Origin: an uncultured Candidatus Saccharibacteria bacterium
GTDB taxonomy: Bacteria; Patescibacteriota; Minisyncoccia; Phycocordibacterales; UBA2100
DNA length: 64,000 bases
Direction of reading: 5' to 3'
Assembly: GCA_964633425.1 (NCBI GenBank)
Contig: CAZWFX010000001.1
Coordinates: forward strand, 74,687-138,686
Positions within the stretch are counted from its first letter, which is position 1; each line of letters begins with the position of its first letter. The notes beneath the pieces were generated by a model, which worked only from the letters and a program-made list of their open reading frames with translations, did not search any database and had not been told where the DNA came from. Positions 36,824 through 47,482 of the stretch are shown here, in pieces. The translations under genes were made by a program, and so were the position numbers.

Positions 36824-39800
36824 TTGTTTGACGCACCGCGTTATGCATCACGACAGCCAGTAATCTTTACACCAGTGAGTCAGTTACCTACGCCACAGAC
36901 AAGATCTCAGATACTCGGCTCTATGGTCGAGTATTTTCTTTCAAAGTACGGGCTTAAATCCCTTAAAACTGGAAGTCCTGTGCTTTCTCTGTTTGAGGCT
37001 ATCGCCCAGTCTCAACTGAGAACCTCCGACGACATCTTTTCAACCCTCCGAGGCATCGCCCTGGAGTTCGCCACCGGCCAGTCCCTGGACCGGCTCGGCC
37101 TGGACGAACTGACACCTCGACTGGTCGCTAAAACCGCCAGCGGTTATACCACATGGGGAGACTCCTCCTTTACCAAGATCTCCACCGTGATCTTCCAAGG
37201 ATCTGGCCCGGTAATCGTAGGCTCTAGTTCCATCGCTGTCTCCGACGCTACCGACTTCCCCACAGTCGGGACCCAATACGTCTACCTCGGAAGAGGAACC
37301 TCTAATTACGAAGGTCCATTGGAGATTTCTTCCATCGACAATCCAGGCGTAACTGGTGGAAATTATTGGAGAATTAATCTAGTAGGGTCGACCACAAGGT
37401 ATCATGCACCTGGCGAGTCCGTTATTTTGGCACAGGGAGGCAACCGGACCATTGCTTCGGGCCAGCTCGTTCAAACGGCCCAAGGGGCGCTTTCAGCGCC
37501 TTTGCGGTTCAGGGTGGTATACACTGCCACCATCCCTGACGGTGAAGACACTTTAGAAAACGTTCTTGTCACGGCAGTCCAGACAGGCCTTTCTGGAAAT
37601 GTTATCAAAGAGGGTATCAACACCGTTGTCTCTCCTCCATATGCGGGAGCCACGGTCTTCAACCCTTCTCCATTTACGAATGGTAGAAACCTTGAGCGGG
37701 ACGAAGACTACAAGGAAAGGATCAAGCTCCGGAGGCGATCTCGGACGCTTGGTACGGCCACCGCTCTAAAGACCTACGCTCTTGGAGTTGAGGCTCCAGA
37801 CGAGAATGCCACGGTCACGTCGACCTCCCTGGTCACCAAGGAGGGAGAGCCGGCCGTTCTTTATATCGATGACGGTACCGGATACGAGGAAAGACACTCC
37901 GGAGTCGCGGAAGAGGTCTTGATCGATCTGGCATCTGGCGGGGAACAGTATTTTAGGGTTTCTCAGGTGCCGATCTCCAAGGCCGTGTCGCTGACCAGCC
38001 TTTCAGCTCCTTACGTACTACGAGCAGGGAAACTCGCGTTTAGCGTGGGCGGCGTGGTTACGGAACACACCTTTGACGCCAGTTCATTTTCTTCAATTTC
38101 TTCAGCTTCGGCCAACGAAGTATGTTCCTCCATTAACTCAAATGCTGGCCTGAACTGGTCCGCCAGAACTTACGACGGCGGGTCCAAGATCGCCGTTTAC
38201 GCTAAATCAGATACCAACGATGACGTCCAGTTGTCGACCGCCTCCTCAGATGACGTAAATGATGTCCTTGGATTTGGTTCTGAGAGGGTCCTTACTACCA
38301 GCCTATACAAGAACGATCTGTTGCTTAGCAAGGACGGGTTGGCGGCGACTGTTTATTCCAGACCCTTCAGCGAGTGGCAGTCTCTGGCCAGCCCCCAGGG
38401 CCTTTCCCTGAGCGTTGATGGAGTCCAGATGGACTACACGTATGTCTCCGGAACCCCTACGGTTGGACAGCATACAGCATTTACAGACCAGGACTTTATT
38501 GACGCGGAAACGGGATATAGCACCCTGGGCAAGAATAGCTTGGCCGCATGGGCGAAGGTGCTAAATTACCGTATACCTGGAATTACAGCCACTGTCGTAG
38601 GTAATCGACTGGCCATCACCTCCAACAGAGGAAAGTCTGACAGCGCGTCAGTACAGACACTGTCCGGGACACTCGTTACTAATTCTGTGTTTTACGAGCA
38701 GGCCAGTTCACTGTCGTCGTCTATCGGGAAAAATTCAGACTACACGATCAATCGTAACACAGGGGAGATTCGTCTCCAGACACCACTGATCGCAGGAGAC
38801 AAGCTGTCTCTTGGTACTTCGTACACCAGGGCCTTTTTGCAGACCCCCGACGTTCTTTCTACCGTGCTGTCTGCCGATGCCAATATGTGGTTCGTTGTGG
38901 ATGGCCAGGCGGAGGTGGTTGCCATCGGGGAGATGCTTGGGCAGGCCTACACGCTAACCAAGACGGCCACGGCGTGGGGAGCCTTACAGGCCCTCACCAA
39001 CTCTCGACTGGCTGCAAATGCGGAGGTCGGAGACTGGCTGATTGTCTGGGATTCATCCCCCAACGCCCTTGGCGTTTCTGGGGCCTATCGGATCAGCCGC
39101 GTGACTGGAACTGACGTGGAGTTTGAGGTTGACGGAACTACGTCCAATGGCTCCGGCACCTTTGCGGAAGGCGGCATCGCCCTAGTAAGAACCAGTCAGC
39201 AAGTGCAGAAGCTTACCCTGGCGCGACTTACAGGTGGAACCCCAAACACATATACGGCCACCTCTTTGGCTAACCTGATTGATTTGCGAGGTGCCACTGC
39301 GTCCGTCTATCGCACCAACAAAGTGCGAATTGCCACCAATTCATTTGGTGACGTAAGGGACATTGCTCTGGTGGCTCAAGATCAGGCTGCGGAAGACTTT
39401 GGTCTTAGCTCGTCCAGCTACACAGACAACCTTCAGGGACATCTGGGATCGATTGAGACTTCCAATGGGCAGGTCGGTACTCCCGTCTTTCAGTCCCTTA
39501 ACGTATCTACGGCAGGTGCCACTACGATAGACGTGGATAACTGGTCGTCGTCGGGGATCTTCACAGATCCGCCCAGCCATTATTCCGCCATGGGCCTTTT
39601 TAGCCCATCCTATTCTTTGGCCCGTCCCCGGTTCGGATCGAACAAGGGCTTTGTGTCTTCTCTTTCCGACACCACTCCGGGAGCACCAGACACGCTGGTT
39701 CTAAGGAACACGGCGGCCCAGGACTGGCTTGAGACCACACAGCTAGCCCTTTTAAGTCCGTACTGCCTATCCTGGAACGATCAACTCAACCTGATTGTTG

Positions 39801-42562
39801 ATCAGGATACCACCTACGGCAGATTCGCGATTCCGTTTGCCAGAAAGGTGACGCCTACGACGTCAACCTATGGGGCCACCAACGCCTTTACAGACGCCGA
39901 CAACGGTGGCGTTTCTCTGGCAAGGGCCTTTGGGTATGGTTCTAACGTTTTTGACTGGGGAGACTTTGCAGTCTGGATGTCTCCTAGAGTCTTAATTACG
40001 CAAGACGCCAACATCCTATGGAGGTATTACCGTCCAGGCCCAGACGGCAACAACATGACCTTGCGGTATGCACTGCCGGCCAACCCAGATCTGACTCCGG
40101 CCCTGGAGTCAGATCCAACGGCTGGGGCTGACACCGAGCTGAGGGTCGTGCTGGGTTCTGGCAACCTCCGCTCTGGATACACCCTACCAGCCAATTACCC
40201 GATGGGGGTTGTAGCCCCCAGTACAGACGCCGGAAGCATGACCTCGGTCTATTACATGACCGGCCTCAAGGTCATTTCCTATCAGAGAACAACAAACGTT
40301 GCTACGGTTAGGTTTGAATTCCCCAGCGCAGACGTTACCGAGTCTGGGTTGGATAACAACCCAGTTAAGCTGTATGCCTTCTCTACGCTGTCAGCCGCTC
40401 CTTCTGGGACATGGGACTTCAGCGCCGTGACTCTTTCTGAGTGGGTCCCCGCTTCTGGAGTCTACGACAAAGCCGTCTTTGCTGACGTCGGGGTCGACGT
40501 ACCACTAACTGCCGGAAATGTTGGTGTAATGTACTTTAGCCCAACAGCGACAGCTTCCTTCCTTGGAGGATCTCCGGCGGTGGCCCAGGGAGACTACCTT
40601 AGGGCAGAAGCCGCGAGTGGCCTGCCAGCAGACTTCACTGGGTTTACGGCCAGCATCCAAAACGTCCCAGGAACAGATCTTTACCACCTAAAGGTCCTGG
40701 TCCCAAGCCTGGCAGTAAACACCGTAATCCAGTACGCCAATGTGGTGGATACCTCTCAGTTTAAGATCTTCGCCAATGCTGGGTCTACCGCTAATTCCAT
40801 CGTTTCTTCCATCAATGCCCTGGGAGGATTTGTATCAGGGACGGTGATTTCCGGTGGCACCAATGTCATTACGGAATCAACAGAAGAAGCTCAAGACAAC
40901 ATTTCTCCAATTCCAACCCTAAAAGACGGAATCAACTACGTCCAGTCAACGACATCCCCTGTCCTGATCAGTGACAACTACACCTTTACCTTTAAGGACG
41001 GGATCACGGCCGCCTTGGCCACCGGGACCGACTGGCTTAACGAGGACGTCTACCTCGTTCCTACAACACCGAAGAACGTGGTGGACTGGATGAACATCCT
41101 TGGGGTTACTGGCCTTTCTCAGGTGGCTGAGATTGTGGCCAGCGACGCGGGCAAGCGAGTTCAGATCTCCAGCCTAACCACTGGCAGCGGCGGATCCATC
41201 CAGGCCATTGGAGGTAAGGCCAACTCGGCAACAGCTTCCGTCGTGGGATCTTCCCAAACAGTTGGATCTCAGATTTTGGCCACGGTTCGCTCGTCCGACG
41301 TCACCGGCATGTTTGCTGGTTGCTGGGTTTCAGTGGATAACGCACTGGGCCTGGACAAGACAGGGTCTATCTTTAACGGATCTTCCAAGATCGAAACCCT
41401 GTCTTCGACCGGAACCATCACCTTTGGCGCAGCCACGTCCCTATACACAGAAATCGTGGCCTCGTCGAAAACAAACCTGGCAGTTTCAATCCAGAAGGTC
41501 GACGACTTTGTCCTGATCTCGGATTCCGGACTTGGAGCAAATACCATAGTCGGCGCCCTGGGCGGAGTGTCTGAGAATGACTACGTCCAAATCAAAACCG
41601 TTACCGCCAGCCAGTCAGGTACGGACGTAAACGAGCTTAATATGGGCCTGTTTAAGGTTGTCCGAGTCGATAGCACCAACGGTCTGGTTTGGATTGAAAA
41701 CTCCACCGCAGTTGACCAAAACCTCTGTGACGTGGACCTGAGATTCTTCGACGAAAGCTCCATTATGCCAGGAGATACGTTCCGTATCGACACTCCATTC
41801 TACGGGGTGTCCAATATCGGATCGTGGCTGATTACCGAAGTCGGAAATGACTTCACAGACGACTCGGTGATGACCGTGAGTATCTCGGACAAGTCCATTA
41901 CCGACACGACCAGCGGAGTGGCCCTTGGATCCGACTACGTATATCTTAGGTTCACCGGCGCCCCGTATCGCGGCATCAAGCAAATTTACTCGATTTCTCC
42001 ATACGACTCCGATGCCTCACTTTCGTACATCAAGCTATCCGGAACCGCAGGTCAGTCGTCCATCGGAGCCGCTGGAGAAACAGTCCTTACGGTCTTGGAC
42101 AAGCTATCCTTCCCGCTCACCCTTAACGCAGGCCTGGACGGGTATTCTTACTCAACCGGACTGATCAGGGAAGTCAATAAGGTTATCTATGGGGATTTGT
42201 CCAGCCCGTCTGTCTACCCAGGAGTAGCAGCGGCTAATTCCAAGATCAACATCGAAGGCCCCTTGGTCAAGAAGATCAAAATGGGATTCCAAGCCAGAAT
42301 CTTTAAGGGATTTTCCAAGTCCGTTGTGGCCGAAAAGATCAAAAACGCTGCGGCCGGTGCGATCAACTCTTACGGGGTCGGTCAGTCCATTAGCGTCTCT
42401 GACGTTATTAAAAAAGTACAGCAAATTGGCGGCCTTAGGTCCGTCGTTGTGTTGTCCCCTGTATACAACTCGGCCAATGACCTTATTTCAGTCCAGCCGT
42501 TTGAACGGGCCATGGTTTTGAATCCTTCGTTGGACATTTCGGTAGTCTTTGTTGGTGAGTAG
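36824..42562 (+). CDS. Giant virion protein (1912 aa), baseplate J / T4 gp6-like N-terminus
   Basis: The N-terminal conserved region resembles the Baseplate_J family. Long beta-rich Ser/Thr/Gly body. It heads the tail/baseplate module. Confidence 0.45.
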   Translation: MFDAPRYASRQPVIFTPVSQLPTPQTRSQILGSMVEYFLSKYGLKSLKTGSPVLSLFEAIAQSQLRTSDDIFSTLRGIALEFATGQSLDRLGLDELTPRLVAKTASGYTTWGDSSFTKISTVIFQGSGPVIVGSSSIAVSDATDFPTVGTQYVYLGRGTSNYEGPLEISSIDNPGVTGGNYWRINLVGSTTRYHAPGESVILAQGGNRTIASGQLVQTAQGALSAPLRFRVVYTATIPDGEDTLENVLVTAVQTGLSGNVIKEGINTVVSPPYAGATVFNPSPFTNGRNLERDEDYKERIKLRRRSRTLGTATALKTYALGVEAPDENATVTSTSLVTKEGEPAVLYIDDGTGYEERHSGVAEEVLIDLASGGEQYFRVSQVPISKAVSLTSLSAPYVLRAGKLAFSVGGVVTEHTFDASSFSSISSASANEVCSSINSNAGLNWSARTYDGGSKIAVYAKSDTNDDVQLSTASSDDVNDVLGFGSERVLTTSLYKNDLLLSKDGLAATVYSRPFSEWQSLASPQGLSLSVDGVQMDYTYVSGTPTVGQHTAFTDQDFIDAETGYSTLGKNSLAAWAKVLNYRIPGITATVVGNRLAITSNRGKSDSASVQTLSGTLVTNSVFYEQASSLSSSIGKNSDYTINRNTGEIRLQTPLIAGDKLSLGTSYTRAFLQTPDVLSTVLSADANMWFVVDGQAEVVAIGEMLGQAYTLTKTATAWGALQALTNSRLAANAEVGDWLIVWDSSPNALGVSGAYRISRVTGTDVEFEVDGTTSNGSGTFAEGGIALVRTSQQVQKLTLARLTGGTPNTYTATSLANLIDLRGATASVYRTNKVRIATNSFGDVRDIALVAQDQAAEDFGLSSSSYTDNLQGHLGSIETSNGQVGTPVFQSLNVSTAGATTIDVDNWSSSGIFTDPPSHYSAMGLFSPSYSLARPRFGSNKGFVSSLSDTTPGAPDTLVLRNTAAQDWLETTQLALLSPYCLSWNDQLNLIVDQDTTYGRFAIPFARKVTPTTSTYGATNAFTDADNGGVSLARAFGYGSNVFDWGDFAVWMSPRVLITQDANILWRYYRPGPDGNNMTLRYALPANPDLTPALESDPTAGADTELRVVLGSGNLRSGYTLPANYPMGVVAPSTDAGSMTSVYYMTGLKVISYQRTTNVATVRFEFPSADVTESGLDNNPVKLYAFSTLSAAPSGTWDFSAVTLSEWVPASGVYDKAVFADVGVDVPLTAGNVGVMYFSPTATASFLGGSPAVAQGDYLRAEAASGLPADFTGFTASIQNVPGTDLYHLKVLVPSLAVNTVIQYANVVDTSQFKIFANAGSTANSIVSSINALGGFVSGTVISGGTNVITESTEEAQDNISPIPTLKDGINYVQSTTSPVLISDNYTFTFKDGITAALATGTDWLNEDVYLVPTTPKNVVDWMNILGVTGLSQVAEIVASDAGKRVQISSLTTGSGGSIQAIGGKANSATASVVGSSQTVGSQILATVRSSDVTGMFAGCWVSVDNALGLDKTGSIFNGSSKIETLSSTGTITFGAATSLYTEIVASSKTNLAVSIQKVDDFVLISDSGLGANTIVGALGGVSENDYVQIKTVTASQSGTDVNELNMGLFKVVRVDSTNGLVWIENSTAVDQNLCDVDLRFFDESSIMPGDTFRIDTPFYGVSNIGSWLITEVGNDFTDDSVMTVSISDKSITDTTSGVALGSDYVYLRFTGAPYRGIKQIYSISPYDSDASLSYIKLSGTAGQSSIGAAGETVLTVLDKLSFPLTLNAGLDGYSYSTGLIREVNKVIYGDLSSPSVYPGVAAANSKINIEGPLVKKIKMGFQARIFKGFSKSVVAEKIKNAAAGAINSYGVGQSISVSDVIKKVQQIGGLRSVVVLSPVYNSANDLISVQPFERAMVLNPSLDISVVFVGE

Positions 42563-42593
42563 CTACAAAAACGGCAATCTTTTAAGGTAGAAT

Positions 42594-44696
42594 ATGGCCT
42601 ATATTTACGGTTCTGACACATTTTGGGATGCAAAGGTCGATCTAAGCGACCCTGGTGGGGCAGCCATCAACAAGTGGATGGCGGCTGACGCCAACGCTAT
42701 TAGGACCTATCTATCTGAGACCAGGTCGGCCATCTTGGCTGGTCAGGGGCATGGATTTACTGGGCAGGCGTCCGCGCCGGTGATCACTGGGATGGATTCA
42801 TTCCTTTGGATGTCGTCCACCAACAACATCCTGAAGTACCATTTTGGCGGATCGGACAAAACTGTACCATTTGGTACAGTCACCACAAAGGGAGACATCC
42901 TGGTCTGGACAGGATCTACCTGGCAGGTAGTCCCAGCTGGCACCAACAATTACGTCCTAACCGCAGATTCAGCCCAGACCGCTGGAGTCAAGTGGGCCGC
43001 CGTCGCAGCCCCCACCACGTATTACCAAACCGTTCAAGCCAACGCCGTAGATCAGACCCAAAGAGACAAGCTGAACTTTAGCTCGCTCTTTACACTGTCC
43101 GACTCAGCATCTCCCTCCAGGACCACGGTTACAATAGCCAATACCGCAGTTACTCCAGGAAGCTACACAAACACCAACCTTACCGTCGACGCTCAGGGCA
43201 GGATCACAGCAGCGGCCAATGGTTCTGCTGGTTCGGCAACCCTTACGGCCGCATACGCGGCTGGTTCAAGTCAGGCATCCAGTACATTTAACCTAGATTC
43301 TACCAGACTGGGGTTGCTAATCAAGGACAACGCGACGCCAATCACTGGGTCTTTGTTTGCTGTCCAAAACGTCGGTGGCCCTACCGTAACGTTCTTGGAT
43401 ATCGGAGCCACCCAGACCCAGGTGCTGAAGTCTGGTATGGCTGACGGGGCTTCGGCTGTCGCTGTCCAAACAGACACCCAGACCACTTGGTCTAACGCGA
43501 CAGCAAAGCTTCTTCGGGTTGCAAATGCTAACGCCGAGAAGTTTGCGGTATACGCTTCTGGCAACTATAACTCGTCAACGGACGATTTCTACTGGGATTC
43601 TGCCAACAAGAGATTGATGATTGGGCAGCCTGCGACAGGAACGGGCAGGATGACCCTTTCTGGCACGAATGGCTCTACCTCCCAAATGAGGATTTCTAAC
43701 TCGGCTGGAGGCCCATCAGATCTTTTGATGGGAGCGGCCGATACTCCCGCAGGAGCCTTTATTGGGTCTCTGTCGAATCATCCTCTCTATCTTAGACAGC
43801 AAAACAACAACATCGTTACGGTAAATGCCGCCAGCGTAACTCCCTACACTCACCTACTGGCCGACCTGGGGACCACCTCAGTTCGCTGGGCGGCTACCTA
43901 TCTAGGTAACGATACCGTAGGAACGACCGTTGGGTCGGCTGGATTATCCCTTAAGAACGCCACGCTAGCTACCGTTGGCGCCCAAAAGTATTCCCCAGCC
44001 ATTACCCTAGAAGGACAGGGATGGAAGACCAACGCGACGGCTGACAGTCAGTCCGTGGTATTTGCACTTCAGAATATCCCGGTTCAGGGAGCAGCCTCAC
44101 CAACCGGCGGCCTTTCCATTCAGCGTAACGTCAACGGAGGTGGCTACTCTGAACTGATGAATATTGGCGGTTCTGACCTTATCGTCATGAACCAGTCCCT
44201 GAACATGGGGGTTAATACCAATATCGTTGGCGGCGGAGGAACCTCTGCGGCTGACTTCTCTGGCGGATCGGGTGTTTTCAAAACCACCACCGGCGCAGCC
44301 ACGTTCGGCGGTAGCTCAAACACCTTCACAAATGCCATTACCGTTACCGGAAGCTCGGTTGCTCTGGTAAGGGCCAATGCCAGCGAGACACAGCTTACCA
44401 CCACTGGAGCCACGGACATTGTTGACTACACAACTGCGGCAGCCGGGAATTTCTTGGTTGGTGTCTATTATCGTGTAGTCACGGGTACGACCAACGTTGG
44501 GATTGACTTGACGTTTACTGACCAGACTGGGGCTCAGACTCAGGTACTCGTCCCGGCTGCTACATCTACGGCCGTCGGATCGTATTCTGTTACTCCAGTC
44601 TACATCAATGCAGCCAACGCCACACACATAAAGGTCACAGCCACAGCCGGAACAGCCAACCGCGTCTACGTTTCCGCTACCGTAACGGGATTCTAA
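42594..44696 (+). CDS. Tail fibre protein
   Basis: The N-terminal anchor motif DILVWTGSTWQVVPAGTNNYVLTADSAQTAGVKWAA is shared with the antisense tailspike at 56501-57409. Thr/Ser/Gly/Ala-rich. Confidence 0.5.
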   Translation: MAYIYGSDTFWDAKVDLSDPGGAAINKWMAADANAIRTYLSETRSAILAGQGHGFTGQASAPVITGMDSFLWMSSTNNILKYHFGGSDKTVPFGTVTTKGDILVWTGSTWQVVPAGTNNYVLTADSAQTAGVKWAAVAAPTTYYQTVQANAVDQTQRDKLNFSSLFTLSDSASPSRTTVTIANTAVTPGSYTNTNLTVDAQGRITAAANGSAGSATLTAAYAAGSSQASSTFNLDSTRLGLLIKDNATPITGSLFAVQNVGGPTVTFLDIGATQTQVLKSGMADGASAVAVQTDTQTTWSNATAKLLRVANANAEKFAVYASGNYNSSTDDFYWDSANKRLMIGQPATGTGRMTLSGTNGSTSQMRISNSAGGPSDLLMGAADTPAGAFIGSLSNHPLYLRQQNNNIVTVNAASVTPYTHLLADLGTTSVRWAATYLGNDTVGTTVGSAGLSLKNATLATVGAQKYSPAITLEGQGWKTNATADSQSVVFALQNIPVQGAASPTGGLSIQRNVNGGGYSELMNIGGSDLIVMNQSLNMGVNTNIVGGGGTSAADFSGGSGVFKTTTGAATFGGSSNTFTNAITVTGSSVALVRANASETQLTTTGATDIVDYTTAAAGNFLVGVYYRVVTGTTNVGIDLTFTDQTGAQTQVLVPAATSTAVGSYSVTPVYINAANATHIKVTATAGTANRVYVSATVTGF

Positions 44697-44697
44697 T

Positions 44698-45744
44698 ATG
44701 GCTCTAGTAGGCAGATGGACACTAGACGGCCAGGCCTTTGACTCTTCGGGGCAGGGCAACAACGGGACTGTAACAGGAGCCCTCTACACCAACGGCAAGG
44801 GCTCTCCAGGTCTTTGGTTCGACGGTACCGACGACAATGTGGATTGTGGCACGGGCAGCAGCATTGCCTTTACGTTGTCCACCCCATTCACTGCCTGCGC
44901 CTGGATAAACAACTCGCTTGGCTCAGACGACATCATCGTCGGAAACTCCTGGGGCGGGCCGGGCTGGCACCTGCGGGTAACCTCCACCAACAAGATTCGC
45001 TTCATCCTAGTTGGCTCAGGCGGAACGACCCATCGGTACGTTGACTCCACCAGTTCACTGACCACAGGCTGGCATCACGTAGCCGCTACATGGGATGGCA
45101 CCTCGGTCATCAAAGTCTACATTGACGGCACCGACGTTTCCAACACCCAGCAAACAGCTGGGTCGCTAACTTCCATTACCAGCACCAACCCAGTCACCAT
45201 TGGCCTGTCTGAAGCCTCTGCAGCGTATTCTGGCCGCATCGACGATGTTCGTATCTACAACACAGCTCTAGATGCAACTTCTATTGCCGGAATCTACGCC
45301 GAGCCAAAATCTGGTGTTAGGACCGGGTCTTCTCTAGTCACCGGGTCTCTGTCCTTTAATTCTTCAGTTACTGCCAATGTCCCAATGCTCAACACCATCG
45401 GGACGTATCTGATGTCTAACCCGTGGATTTCAGTCAATGGAGGAATCGGATATACCAATAGTTACGTGGACTTCGCCACGGCTGGCTACCAGGACAGCGT
45501 TTATTACAAAGACGCTTTTGGAATTGTCCATGTGATTGTCGGCTGTAAAAACGGCACGGCTAATGCTTCAATGTTCACTTTACCTTCCGGCTATCGCCCA
45601 GGAGCCAGCCTAATAGTCGCCGCTTACGTAAATGGCACACAGGACTGGGTCAAGTTTATGTCTGATGGCACCTGCATAAATCTAGTCGGAGCCGTAACCA
45701 CGGGTGGAATTCTTTGTGTAGCGCATTTTCCAGGAGAACGGTAA
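44698..45744 (+). CDS. Tail fibre / receptor-binding protein with a LamG (concanavalin-like) domain and distal domain copy 1
   Basis: Laminin-G_3-like LWFDGTDDNVDCG...GWHHVAATWDGTSVIKVYIDG...GRIDDVRIYNTAL. The C-terminal domain GGIGYTNSYVDFATAGYQDSVYYKDAFGIVHV...FTLPSGYRP is a paralog of the next two ORFs. Confidence 0.55.
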   Translation: MALVGRWTLDGQAFDSSGQGNNGTVTGALYTNGKGSPGLWFDGTDDNVDCGTGSSIAFTLSTPFTACAWINNSLGSDDIIVGNSWGGPGWHLRVTSTNKIRFILVGSGGTTHRYVDSTSSLTTGWHHVAATWDGTSVIKVYIDGTDVSNTQQTAGSLTSITSTNPVTIGLSEASAAYSGRIDDVRIYNTALDATSIAGIYAEPKSGVRTGSSLVTGSLSFNSSVTANVPMLNTIGTYLMSNPWISVNGGIGYTNSYVDFATAGYQDSVYYKDAFGIVHVIVGCKNGTANASMFTLPSGYRPGASLIVAAYVNGTQDWVKFMSDGTCINLVGAVTTGGILCVAHFPGER

Positions 45745-46200
45745 ATGGCAAACAACCTCCTTGTAATTCCTGGTCCATTGGTCCTAGACGCCGCTACCTG
45801 TGCAGGAGGAACCTCTAACGTAGCCATCGAAGGCAACGTAGGATCCTCTACCGTATCAGACCCGTTCACTTACGTCAATGGTGGGGTTGGATATACAAAT
45901 AGTTACGTGGACTTGGCCCTAAATGGATACCAAAACACGTCCTATTATAAGGACGCAGCCGGATTCGTCCATCTCATTCTAGGAGCAAAAAGCGGCACAG
46001 GAGGAGCGTCAATTTTTACGCTGCCTGAAGGATACCGACCATTTCTAGGTCACGTAATTGCACAAATCTACGTGGATGCCGGGGCATTAAACTACATCAA
46101 AGTTGTCGATGACGGTACTGTTTATTGCCTTAATGGCGGGGGTACAACCCAAGTTATTGGGTCAATTACCTTTTTAGCTGCCCAGACACTACCAGGATAA
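45745..46200 (+). CDS. Receptor-binding distal domain paralog (copy 2)
   Basis: GGVGYTNSYVDLALNGYQNTSYYKDAAGFVHLILGAKSGTGGASIFTLPEGYRP. Confidence 0.5.
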   Translation: MANNLLVIPGPLVLDAATCAGGTSNVAIEGNVGSSTVSDPFTYVNGGVGYTNSYVDLALNGYQNTSYYKDAAGFVHLILGAKSGTGGASIFTLPEGYRPFLGHVIAQIYVDAGALNYIKVVDDGTVYCLNGGGTTQVIGSITFLAAQTLPG

Positions 46201-46203
46201 CCC

Positions 46204-46803
46204 ATGTCCAAGCTATTTCTACCAGATACGTCACTTACCGGGCCTGTTACGATAACGGGGTCATTCTCCACTTCCAAGCCACTCGTTATGAGTGGCTCGA
46301 TGCTTTCTTCGGTCACCAATCCTCCATGGATAGCCGTCACGTATTCCAATAGTTACGTGGATTTGGGGTCTGGATATTCCTCGTCAGCCTATTACAAAGA
46401 CGCAATGGGTATTGTCCGAGTGGTAGTCAATGCCAAGAGCGGGACGGCGGGGGCCACGATCTTTACCTTGCCGGCTGGATATAGGCCCGTAGCGCACAAT
46501 CTTGTAGCTGCGTACGTAGATGGAACAACGGGGGGCAGCTATGTCCAACTGGATGCTGGGAGTGGTTTCTCCAGTAAAAGACGCTACGGTCTGGATTGCC
46601 CTGGGAACCAACGACATCGCGGCGTCGGAAACCTCGACCAATCTAATCCTATATTGCAAGCAGCTATGTCAGTTGGCTCGTGCCGGTGGAGCCAAGAGGC
46701 TTATCGTCTCGACCATCCCGACATTTACCGGGATCACCGGTCCTCAAGATACCAACCGTACCCAATACAACGCCTGGGGCAGATCTCTCCCTGGTATCTT
46801 TGA
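46204..46803 (+). pseudogene. Receptor-binding distal domain paralog (copy 3), truncated and running into an out-of-frame tail
   Basis: The paralogous segment VTYSNSYVDLGSGYSSSAYYKDAMGIVRVV...FTLPAGYRP runs up to ~46560. The later reading frame is Arg/His-rich junk. An SGNH-like ORF occupies the +1 frame from 46520. Confidence 0.4.
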
Positions 46804-46924
46804 CGATCTGCTAGACGTCGATACCATCATTGGATCTACCCCAGCCTACTTTGCTACCGGTGGCGTTCATCTAACAACAGTTGGAATGGACGCGATCTAC
46901 GCTTCATTCCCAACCCTAACTTAA
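46520..46924 (+). CDS. SGNH/GDSL hydrolase-like fragment (blocks II-V only)
   Basis: VWIALGTNDIA (GxND block II) and GGVHLTTVGMDAIY (the DxxH block, with Asp replaced by Gly). The Ser-containing block I is missing, and a TAG lies directly upstream in this frame. Confidence 0.4.
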   Translation: MEQRGAAMSNWMLGVVSPVKDATVWIALGTNDIAASETSTNLILYCKQLCQLARAGGAKRLIVSTIPTFTGITGPQDTNRTQYNAWGRSLPGIFDDLLDVDTIIGSTPAYFATGGVHLTTVGMDAIYASFPTLT

Positions 46925-46933
46925 AAGGAACCA

Positions 46934-47447
46934 ATGTCCAACTACATCACAATCGATCCACTATCCGTCTGGCGGTGGATCTGCTTCCAGCGTCTTTGAA
47001 GAGGCGTCGAGTTCAGATTTCAACACCTATGCCTTCAACTGGTTCTCCAACAGCCAGGACAGCTCTGGCCCAGTAGACGGTGGAATCGGCGGAACCGGCT
47101 TCGGAGCCAACAGTGTTACTTGCCGCAACGTGTCAAATCGCTACGAGTTTTCGCTGGCGCCCAAGCACAAAATCGTCCAAATTGTCACGGCATCTAGGGC
47201 TGTGTCTCTGATCGACGACGTAATCCTTGTTGACACGACCGGTGGAGCAGTCACGCTTACGCTGCCAGACGCGACATACGGGGCTCGCGAGCTGACTATT
47301 AGGCGCAAGGCGGGTACGGCCAGTATCACGGTCACCCCGTACGGCACCCAAAAATCAACGGGGCCTCAAGTCTGACCATCAGTGATGACTTGGCTACTCC
47401 GATTCAATCGGACTGGTCTAACTGGTGGACACTCAGGTAGCCACCCC
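46934..47447 (+). pseudogene. Small gene disrupted across three reading frames
   Basis: An ATG with an AAGGAA SD at 46934 runs only 22 codons. The coherent sequence continues in the +1 frame (...GGSASSVFEE...ITVTPYGTQK) up to 47375. After the run cccaaaaatc it continues in another frame (INGASSLTISDDLATPIQSDWSNWWTLR). Confidence 0.35.
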
Positions 47448-47482
47448 AACGCTCCCTCGTTCCCCCCAGTAATCTTTAGGAG

